From the NCBI RefSeq assembly GCF_964355755.1, contig NC_092675.1, positions 26,446,912-26,510,911 of the forward strand: a DNA stretch of 64,000 bases. The letters run 5' to 3'. Below the pieces are notes generated by a model. That model did no database searches. It saw nothing but the letters and a program-made list of their open reading frames with translations, and was not told the DNA's origin. A program made the position numbers and the translations under genes. Shown one piece after another: positions 27,101-39,100 of the stretch; the stretch's first letter is position 1; every line of letters begins with the position of its first letter. Source of the DNA: Antedon mediterranea (lineage: Eukaryota > Animalia > Echinodermata).

Positions 27101-30100
27101 GTTTTAGAAATTAATAGATTACTGAAGACATGATTACTTATGACTTATGACTGTTCTATGTAGAACCCCTCCTATGGGACAACCCCTATTAAGGGGACAT
27201 TTTCCCAAGAACCAAACAAGGAACAGTATATGTTTATATACTACGGCCCATTACTATTTAGGCTCACCCCATTGGTTGGTTCCAAAAAGGGTTTTACTAT
27301 GTGAAATGCTGTATCTAACCCAATACTAAATGCCTCTGGAAATAAATTTCTATTCATTAAGTTCATTCTTAAATATTTAATAAAAAGTATAATGTATGTA
27401 TAGCTATTTCAAGGAATACCTCCATCATAGTATATGTTTTATTTCTCTTTAGGTCTTTTCAATCCTTATAATTCTTGTATCATTATATTTATAATACAAA
27501 AAGCATTTTGTTGAAATCTTTTATTCATTAAATTTAATTGATTTTTTTTTTATTACTAAAAGCTTTTTTTTTTAAAGACAATAAAACTGTTTGTATTAAC
27601 ATTGTCAACATTAATTAATTTTAATTTTCTCCGCCCTAAATGTTTTCACTTATTGGTGTTTCCTTGCATGCTGGCACAATAGCCTTTTGTTATAACCACT
27701 TCAAAATAATGAATACAAAGGAAATCAAAATCTTGCAATGAATCAAATTAAAATTAATTGAATTTTATTTTTTTAAGGCAAAGCTATTCGGTTAAATTGT
27801 TTTTTACAGTTTCGATAAAACCAACTAAACACCTGAAAAGATTCAGAAGAGTTGATGATGTATTCATTATGTTAGCTTAATGTAACCAAACTATAATAAT
27901 AGAAGACTTAACCTATTCATTTATCTTTCTTTTACTTTCATCAATATTTGCACAGTTTGTAATACTTTACACACTTTATTCACATACCCACTTCCTTTTC
28001 TATGTATGGATGTTAGCTTTACTCTACACAACAAATCATAAGCAAATATTGGACATTTCATTATCAAGTTACTATTAAAACAGTATTAAATAGGTTAGAA
28101 ACCTTTTTAATGCCTGTGGGTCTGTAGAGACATTTAATATACATTCATCATCTCTCTTCTTTCTTCTGCCTATCCATTCTTTCTTTCTTCCATTTACTAA
28201 CATACAAAACAGGATGAGAATACAGAGATGGACTTAAATCGTGCTGCTGCCCTCTCGAAGGTATTTATATTTTTAGATCAATTATTAGGCTAAAAAGTGC
28301 AGACTGTTTTTGTCATAATAAAAAAAATAAATAAAATTAATTGATTACTGCCGGGCTCCAAGGGTTGGCCTCCGAATAGACTCGGTTATAAAAATACATA
28401 TCTAATATTCTCAATACATATCATATTTGGAGTTCATTCGTACAGCTTTTATCTGGGTCTTATACTATTATACTATCCTTTTAGGACACTGAACTGAAGC
28501 TGCACCCAGATGATGTGGTAGCACAGCATGGCTTTGAAACACAGGTAGAGTCTTAGTGTTTGCACCGCAATTATTCTGAAGATTGGCTGAACCTAGTTTT
28601 TCAAAGCTTTTACACTTTAATCAGGGAAGAGATAAATTAAATTGTAGTTTAACTCTTCCCTGCTTTAATAAATTTGCCTAATTTCTTGCAAATACAGTTA
28701 ATCCTACTGAATTTATAAACTTTTTTATAATCTATATAATTACTTATTCATTAATCATATTTATATAAAAGACTTATTATAGACTTTTATATTATTGCAT
28801 CTTGGTTGAGTTAGTTTTTGTGTGCAAAGAGCAACCTATATTAAATCCTGAAACATACAACTTGAGCTGACCATATTATGATGTGTTTTTTCCCCAAATG
28901 CTTTTTAGGATGATGTTTACACTGATCATGACATGCAAGAAGCATTAGCTGATCCCTATCTTCGAGTAAGTTAACATAATTGGGCTCAATTTAATCAAAC
29001 TTTCTTTTTTTTTCTCCATGATATTAAAAGAAGTGGCTTTAATAAATAAATCTTCACCCTTTCAACGAATTCTAAACTATCTTGAAAAAGATTGATCATT
29101 TTCCATGTATGTTTATTTTGGACTTTGCTATGGATGATTAAAAAATATAAAAATAATTAATAGTGTGAGGTTCCTTAATTATTTTGTTTGATAATGTGGT
29201 TTTTATAATATTTTTTTCTTTAAAAAAAGGAACATCTTGATGAAATCGATGAAATGACACCTGCAGAAATATATGAGGTAAGATTTGATAAATTATTTGA
29301 AAATCATTTTGTTTTCATTAACATTGCTATGGAGAAATATTAGTAGACATGTTTATGTTTACAGTGTTGATATTGTACGGTATCTTAAAAATCTTAAAAA
29401 TTTTTTGCAGGAAATTAAAGAAGAAATTTGGGAAAAGCATGAGGAAGAAAGACAAGAAATGGTTTTTGAACCTGAATTTGAAACAGTTGTGGAAGCACAG
29501 GAGGTGAGTTTTTATTAGCATCACAATCGAGAGTCCAATGCGACAATTATCACAAAAAGAACATCAACAGAAAATGGTATCCGGATTAATCTTTTTAAGA
29601 TAAATTAATTTTTTTCAATTTTTTTATTTTAGGAAGAAATAATTGAAACTGAAAAACAAGAACAGCAGCAACAACAGGCACCAGAACTTGTTTTTGCCAA
29701 GGTAAGACATTACTGTTTGCAATGTAATCATGTGATTATTGCTGTTCGATTATTCAACTGTAAGTAAATTATTAACAAAGTTGACTGTTTTTTCCTAATA
29801 AATCGACAATTATTTCTTTAACGCTGCTTTTATGGACAGAAAGATCAAGAGTTCTCTAAGACACAAATGGTTAGATCAGAAAAAGTTGAAGACTTTCCCA
29901 GCAAAGCTGAATCTGATCCTTCTATTACACGAAGGCACGATCAGGATTTGGCCCTTGATTTACCATCCCCTGGGGAGGAAAAGGCTGCACAAGAGTACCG
30001 ATCCCCTGTTGAGAAAGACTCTTTTAAGGAGTCTGTAAAGTCCGTTGATTACTCACAAGAGTTGAAAAGGGAAGATGTAACACATGAATATTCACATTCA

Positions 30101-33100
30101 ATCACACAATCGGCTAGTTCAGATGATTTTGCTCAGGATGTGTCCGAAAAATTTGAGAAGGAAGGTAAAGAAATGTTGACAGAGAAAGCTGGTGAGAAAA
30201 GAGTTCAAATTGAAATTGGAAATGAGAGTGTTACTGGAGAGAAACCTACTTTTAAATCTGATTATAGTGAAAGTGCATGGTCTGTTGATTATTCAGAAGA
30301 CACCACTGTTAGTTCTTCTAGAGAAGAGAAAACTTTGTCCATTGTTAGTTCAGAACTACAGTCACCAGATGTCCACTCTGTGTCTACTGTCGGAGATGTT
30401 GAAGAACAATCTACACTTGAAGATGTTGAGGATATTCCTCAATTCGAGTCAGAGGAAAATACTGAAAACCAAAGGATTAATGTAGTTGAACAAGATTCAA
30501 CAAGTCCTTTGATGCAAAATCGAGTTCTTCAAAAAGGTCAAGAGATTGAAGAAGATGTAATAACTGTTAAACAACAGTCAGTGGATGAAAGTATTAGTGC
30601 ACATTTCCAAGCCCGTCCTACTCCATTGTCTAGCCCTGAAGAAGATTCCTCAAGTACAAAAGTTTCTGTTCCTTTACAATCAGAACCATCAGAAATTTTA
30701 CCTTATGAAAAAAAGACTTATGCTGAAAGTCTATCAAGGCCTGAACATTTAGAAAAACATAAATCAAAAGAACTAGAGTCAATTGAGGTGTACACTCAGA
30801 GAACCTCTGAAGTTATACCAAGCCAATCAGATGATGAGACTTTAGTAGCAGAAACCAAAAATTTAGAACATGTGGCCAATGTGCATGACCAAGTTTCAGA
30901 CTATCAGAGTTTAGTCGAAACTGCTTCTGATCTACTTTCCCCGAATTTAGAAGAACACACAATTCCTACTAAAACTTCTCACAAATCAGAAATTGAAAAA
31001 TCCCACAAAACTTTTGGTGAGTCAGTTAAGCCACAAACAAAACCCACAACAAAGAGCCCATTAATGAATTTAAGAACAAGACATATTGTCGAAGAAGAAG
31101 TAGTTATTCCTAGGCAAGGTTCAATTGATGAAAATATTAACTCTGAGTTTGGTGCTCGACCAATGGCCCTTTCTAGTCCTGAGGAAGATGAAAGCGATTT
31201 TAAAAATTATTTAGAAGAAAATCAACCCAAGAGTGAGGATGATTTGAATGGTACTGAAAAACAATTGAGTGAAGGTGAAGAAAGAATAGATGGTGAAGCA
31301 AGTATAATCTCAGATACACCAACTGATGGTTTTATGGAGATAGAAGTTGCAAGTTCAACTTCTACAAAGGTCATAGATTCTGAGATCAAAGACTACTACA
31401 CTGGAACTGATGAAGGTATGAAAAATGAAAGGGAGGATGTACCTCTTAAAGAGTTTGAGCCAGACATGATTACTCGGGATGATATTCAGGCTTCGACTAA
31501 AATTAATTTTATTGACAAGCGAATTTCAACTGACAAAAAAGAACATTCAGAAACTAGTATTGTGAGATCAGATTTTCAGGCTGTTTCAGATTTTAGATAT
31601 GATTCTGATGAGCGAATTTCTACACAAACAATTGACAATTCTGAAATTTCTGTAACAGAACAGACAAATGAAAGTGTCATCAGTTCCGTTGTAGTCTTTG
31701 AGAAAAGAAAGAAAACTGTAAAAGAACTTATTGATCACATAGAAGTTGGGCTTGCAAGCACTTCACCTAGTAAGCAAAGAACAGTAAAATCTACTGAAGT
31801 GCAACAATCTCATGCTAGTGTAAAATTGTTTAAAGAAACCAATTTGGGTAAGACTGAACAGGGTTTTACTGAGAGTAGTGATAGTAAGAAGTATTTGCCA
31901 GAAGAGACAGAAATTGTTGATGAACAATTGATTAGTAGTCTTTCACAGGCTGAAGATAAATTACCAAATTTTGATTTAGATCAATATCCAGAGTCTGTAA
32001 AAAGTGATAATGCAGTGTATGAAAAAGAGATTCCATTAACTTCAGGTACTAAAGAAACCTCTCAGATTGTAAGTGAAGAGAAAAGGGGTAATTTGTCGGA
32101 TAAAATAAAAATGTATGAAAGCAAATCTACCAAGATCCAATTGCCTAAAAGTGATCCAAAAGTAAGTGTTGGGAATGTTGTAGTGGATGAGAAACATGAA
32201 ATAAAAATTTTAGAAAGAGAAATTGAAGATGTAGCAGATAATGAAAAAGAGTTAAAATCTACTACTGAAGATGCAAATGTTGATCATGTTACAGTTAAAA
32301 GGCATGTTGTAGTTATTGAGCAAGTTGTTGAATCAGAAAGAAAAAATATCACAGATGAAAAAGAGATTGAAGTTACTACTGAAGATACATATGTTGATCA
32401 GGATGTTACAGTTCAAAAGGAAGCTGTATTTATTGAGCAAGTTGTTGAATCAGAAAGAGAAAATATCACAGATGAGAAAGAGACTGAAGCTACTACTGAA
32501 GTTACATATGTTGATCAGGAAGTTACAGTTGAACAGAAAGTTTTAGTTATTGAGCACCAAGTTGTTGAATCAGAAAGAGAAAATATCACAGATAAAATAG
32601 AGATTGAAGCTACAACTGAAAATACATATGTTGATCAGGATGTTACAGTTGAAAAGAAAGTTGTAGTTATCGAGCAACAAGTTGTTGAATCAGAAAGAGA
32701 AAATATCACAGATGAAAAAGAGATTGAAGCTTCAACTGAAGATACATATGTCAATCAGGATGTTAAAGTTGAACAGAAAGCTGTAGTTTTTGAGCAACAA
32801 GTTGTTGAATCAGAAAGAGAAAATATCACAGATGAAAAAGAGACTGAAGCTACTACTGAAGTTACATATGTTGATCAAGAAGTTACAGTTGAAAAGAAAG
32901 TTGTAGTTATTGAGCAACAAGTTGTTGAATCAGAAAGAGAAAATATCAAAGATGAAAAAGAGATTGAAGCTACAACTGAAGATACATATGTTGATCAGGA
33001 TGTTACAGTTGAACAGGAAGCTGTAGTTCTTGAGCAACAAGTTGTTGAATCAGAAAGACAAAATATCACAGACGAAAAAGAAACTGAAGCTACTACTGAA

Positions 33101-36100
33101 GTTAAATATGTTGATCAGAAAGTTACAGTTGAAAAGAAAGTTGTAGTTATTGAGCAAGTTGTTGAATCAGAAGGAGAAAATATCACAGATGAAAAAGAGA
33201 CTGAAACTAGAACTGAAGATACATATGTCGATTGGGATGTTACAGTTGAAAAGGAAGCTGTAGTTATTGAGAAAGTTGTTGAATCAGAAGGAGAAAATAT
33301 CACAGATGTAAAAGAGATTGAAGCTAGTACTGAAGTTACATATGTTGATCAGGAAGTTACAGTTGAACAGAAAGTTGTAGTTATTGAGCAACAAGTTGTT
33401 GAATCAGAAAGAGAAAATATCAAAGATGAAAAAGAGGTTGAATCTACAACTGAAGGTACATATGTTGATCAGGATGTTACAGTTGAAAAGAAAGTTGTAG
33501 TTATCGAGCAACAAGTTGTTGAATCAGAAAGAGAAAATATCACAGATGAAAAAGAGATTGAAGCTACAACTGAAGATACATATGTCGATCAGGATGTTAC
33601 AGTTGAACAGGAAGCTGTAGTTATTGAGCAACAAGTTGTTGAATCAGAAAGAGAAAATATCACAGATGAAAAAGAGACTGAAGCTACTACTGAAGTTACA
33701 TATGTTGATCAGAAAGTTACAATTGAAAAGAAAGTTGTAGTTATTGAGCAAGTTGTTGAATCAGAAGGAGAAAATATCACAGATGAAAAAGAGATTGAAA
33801 TTACAACTGAAGATACATATGTCGATCGGGATGTTAAAGTTGAAAAGGAAGCTGTAGTTATTGAGAAAGTTTTTGAATCAGAAAGAGAAAATATCACAGA
33901 TGAAAAAGAGATTGAAGCTACAACTGAAAAGGCATATGTCGATCAGGATGTTACAGTTGAAAAGGAACTTGTAGTTATTGAGCAACAAGTTGTTGAATCA
34001 GAAAGAGAAAATATCACAGATAAAATAGAGACTGAAGCTACAACTGAAGATGTATATGTCAATCAGGATGTTACAGTTGAAAGGGAAGTTGTAGTTATTG
34101 GCCAACAAGTTGTTGAATCAGAAAGAGAAAATATCACAGATGAAAAAGAGATTATAGCCACAACTGAAGATACATATGTCAATCAGGATCTTACAGTTGA
34201 AAAGGAAGTTCTAGTTCTTGAGCAACAAGTTGTTGAATCAGAAAGAGAAAATATCACGGATGAAAAAGAGGTTGAAGCTACAACTGAAGAGGCATATGTC
34301 GATCAGGATGTTACAGTTGAAAAGGAAGTTGTAGTTATTGAGCAACAAGTTGTTGAATCAGAAAGAGAAAATATCAAAGATGAAAAAGAGATTGAAGCTA
34401 CAACTGAAGATACATATGTTGGTCAGGATGTTACAGTTGAAAAGGAAGTTGAAGTTATTAAGCAACAAGTTGTTGAATCAGAAAGAGACAATATCACAGA
34501 TAAAATAGAGATTGACGCTACTACTGAAGATACATATGTTGATCAGGATGTTACAGTTGAAAAGGAAGTTGTGGTTATTGAGCAAGTTGTTGAATCAGAA
34601 AGAGAAAATATCACAGATAAAATAGAGATTGAAGCTACAACTGAAAATACATATGTTGATCAGGATGTTACAGTTGAAAAGAAAGTTGTAGTTATTGAGC
34701 AACAAGTTGTTGAATCAGAAAGAGAAAATATCACAGATAAAAAAGAGATTGAAGCTTCAACTGAAGATACATATGTCGATCAGGATGTTACAGTTGAACA
34801 GGAAGCTGTAGTTCTTGAGAAAGTCGTTGAATCAGAAGGAGAAAATGTCACAGATGAAAAAGAGATTGAAGCTACAACTGAAAAGGCATATGTCAATCAG
34901 GATGTTACAGTTGAAAAGGAAGTAGTAGTTGTTGAGCAACAAGTTGTTGAATCAGAAAGAGAAAATATCACAGATAAAATAGAGACTGAAGCTACAACTG
35001 AAGATGTATATGTCAATCAGGATGTTACAGTTGAAAAGGAAGTTGTAGTTATTGGGCAACAAGTTGTTGAATCAGAAAGAGAAAATATCACAGATGAAAA
35101 AGAGATTGTAGCCACAACAGAAGATACATATGTCAATCAGGATCTTACAGTTGAAAAGGAAGTTCTAGTTCTTGAGCAACAAGTTGTTGATTCAGAAAGA
35201 GAAAATATCACGGATGAAAAAGAGGTTGAAGCTACAACTGAGGAGGCATATGTCGATCAGGATGTTACAGTTGAAAAGGAAGTTGTAGTTATTGAGCAAC
35301 AAGTTCTTGAATCAGAAAGAGAAAATATCACAGATAAAATAGAGATTGAAGCTACAACTGAAAATACATATGTTGATCAGGATGTTACAGTTGAAAAGAA
35401 AGTTGTAGTTATTGAGCAACAAGTTGTTGAATCAGAAAGAGAAAATATCACAGATGAAAAAGAGATTGAAGCTTCAACTGAAGATACATATGTCGATCAG
35501 GATGTTACAGTTGAACAGGAAGCTGTAGTTCTTGAGGAAGTTGTTGAATCAGAAGGAGAAAATGTCACAGATGAAAAAGAGATTGAAGCTACAACTGAAA
35601 AGGCATATGTCGATCAGGATGTTACAGTTGAAAAGGAAGTAGTAGTTATTGAGCAACAAGTTGTTGAATCAGAAAGAGAAAATATCACAGATAAAATAGA
35701 GACTGAAGCTACAACTGAAGATGTATATGTCAATCAGGATGTTACAGTTGAAAAGGAAGTTGTAGTTATTGGGCAACAAGTTGTTGAATCAGAAAGAGAA
35801 AATATCACAGATGAAAAAGAGATTGTAGCCACAACAGAAGATACATATGTCAATCAGGATCTTACAGTTGAAAAGGAAGTTCTAGTTCTTGAGCAACAAG
35901 TTGTTGATTCAGAAAGAGAAAATATAACGGATGAAAAAGAGGTTGAAGCTACAACTGAGGAGGCATATGTCGATCAGGATGTTACAGTTGAAAAGGAAGT
36001 TGTAGTTATTGAGCAACAAGTTGTTGAATCAGAAAGAAAAAATATCAAAGATGAAAAAGAGATTGAAGCTACAACTGAAGATACATATGTTGATCAGGAT

Positions 36101-39100
36101 GTTACAGTTGAAAAGAAAGTTGTAGTTATTGAGCAAGTTGTTGAATCAGAAAGAGAAAGTATCAAAGATGAAAAAGAGACTGAAACTACTACTGAAGATA
36201 CATATGTTGATCATGATGTTACTGTTGAAAAGGAAGTTGTAGTTATTAAGCAACAAGTTGTTGAATCAGAAAGAGACAATATCACAGATAAAATAGAGAT
36301 TGAAGCTACTACTGAAGATACATATGTTGATCAGGATGTTACAGTTGAAAAGGAAGTTGTAGTTATTGAGCAAGTTGTTGAATCAGAAAGAGAAAATATC
36401 AAAGATGAAAAAGAGACTGAAACTACTACTGAAGATACATATGTTGATCATGATGTTACTGTTGAAAAGGAAGTTGTAGTTATTGAGCAACAAGTTGTTG
36501 AATCAGAAAGAGACAATATCACAGATAAAATAGAGATTGAAGCTACAATTGAAAATACATATGTCGATCAGGATGTTACAGTTGAAAAGGAAGTTGAAGT
36601 TATTGAGCCGCAAGTTGTTGAATCGGAAAGTGAAAATATCACAGATGAAAAAGAGACTGAAGCTACTACTGAAGTTACATATGTTGATCAGGATGTTACT
36701 ATTGAAAATGAAGTTGTAGTTATTGAGCAGCAAGTTGTTGAATCAGAAGGAGAAAATATCACAGATGAAAAAGAGGTTGAAGCTACTACTGAATATACAT
36801 ATGTTGATCAGGATGTTACAGTTGAAAAGGAAGTTGTAGTTCTTGAGCAACAAGTTGTTGAATCGGAAAGAGAAAATATCACAGATGAAAAAGAGGTTGA
36901 AGCTACTACTGAAGATACATATGTTGATCAGGATGTTGCAGTTGAAAAGGAAGTAGAAGTTTTTGAGCAGAAAGTTGATCAATCAGAAAGAGACAATATC
37001 ACAGATAAAATAGAGATTGAAGCTACTACTGAAGATACGTATGTTGATCAATATGTTACAGTTGAAAAGGAAGTTGTAGTTATTGAGCAGCAACTTGTTG
37101 AATCAGAAGAAGAAAATATCACAGATGAAAAAGAGACTGAAGCTACAATTGAAAATACATATGTCGATCAGGATGTTACAGTTGAAAAGGAAGTTGAATC
37201 TGAAAGCCCAGATATCACAGATGACAAGGAGGTTAAAGTTACTGATGAAGATGCAAATGTTGATAACAACGTTATAATTGAAAAGGAAGTTGAAGTTGTA
37301 GCAATTGAGAAAATTTCTTGTGAAGAGGAGATTGATGATGTAAATGTTGAGGACAGATATGAAAATGAGAAATGCTATTACCCTGAATCTATTGAGATTG
37401 ACGATATATCAATTGAAAAGAGTGATAATGTTGTCACTGTGGAAAGTATTTCAGAACATGAGGAAGAACAATATTCTCTACCAATTGATAATGAGATTGA
37501 CTTGTATCAACAATCCACCGAGGACAATGTTGATGACAATGAGGTCCGTTTAAATGATACACAATATCCTGAAACAGATGAAATTGATTCATTTACTGAG
37601 CAAGTAGCGGTTGCTCTGCCAGTTCACCAAGAGGACATGGCATCTTCTGAGATTTACCATTGCCCTGAATCAGATGTCTATGAAGAAGGTACTGAAAAGG
37701 TACATACTGATGTAGCCGAAGAAGAATATTTAGTAGAAGAAAACCAGTATCATGATTCAATTGATTTTGGTGAGGAAGCAATTGAAAAAGAAGCTGATAC
37801 TTCACCTGTTGATATGAATATTGTTGAACCTCAGAAGGAGTATTATCCTGAATCAGATGAAGTTGTAAATCTAACAGAAGAAAAGGATATTGATCGTACA
37901 GATTTTGAAGGACATGTTGATTCTACTCTACTAATTAATGAAGATGTTGTGGCTCTAGAGGAACAACACTACCCAGAGTATATTGAGGTTGATAATGTAT
38001 CTTTTGAAGAAGAGATTGCTGTGGTACCTGTAGAAGTTGAAGAAGTTGATTCTTCTGAACAAGTTCATTATTCTGAATCTGATGAAATGTATGATACATC
38101 TATTGTCAATGAAGTTGATGCCTCTTTTGATGAAAATGTTGTTTCAGGCAGACAACATTGTCCTGAAGCTGATGAAGTTGATAATAGTTGTATTGACAAT
38201 ACTTCTGAAGATAAGAATATTATTGAATCTGTTAAGGATGTCAGATTTGAAGAGAGTGTTATTGAAAAAGAGGAGGGTGAATTTATAAATGAAAGATTGG
38301 ATGTTGGTATGGTAGATGAAAACATTGATAAAGAACATGAGTCTGAAAGTGAAACAGTTTGTAATGAAGTTAAAGAGGAAAGATTTGAGGGAGATGAAGC
38401 AGAGAAAGAGATGGTGACAGAGAGCTTTATTGAGGTGGTTTCTAGACAGGATGATGATTTACCCAACCTTGAGCTTGAACAATATCCTGACTCAGTTCAA
38501 GAAGGAGATTCAATTGATATTGTTGAAGATTACTGCAAGGAACAGCAGATGGAGGACATTGCTAGACAAAACAACACTTCAGAAGAAATTGCACAAGAAA
38601 GGAGTGCAATAATTTCAGATTTTGCAAAGTGTATGAATAGTTCACCAGAATATGGGGACAGTGAATCACAATTAGATAACAGCGATGCTGGTGCTGTAGA
38701 AGAAGAGGTTGTTGAAACAATTACTGAAGAAAAACTTGAGACTGTAAAATCAATGCAATTAGACAACGATGACCAGGTCGATTCAACATTTCATTCAGAT
38801 GCTTTAGTTAATCTTTCTGCTGTTATGGATGAGCAATATGTAGATGAAAAAGACTTAATTGTGGAATATCCTTCATCAGAAGGTGATGATATATCACTTG
38901 ACCATGAACTAACAGATGAAATCATAGCTCCTCCAGAGGTTGAAGTTACTGATGAACTACCAAACCTTGATATAGATCAACATCCATCTCATGTTGATTC
39001 TGATGATGAAAGTAGTGAGCATGAATTTGTAGATGAAGTGATATCTGCACCAAGAGTTGAAATTGATGCTGAGCTTCCTAATCTTGACATTAACCAAGAA

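Noticed and set aside
32324-37200. CRISPR-like regular repeat array
   Set aside because: Units are contiguous with no unique spacers, lie in frame within a eukaryotic exon, and there are no cas genes.
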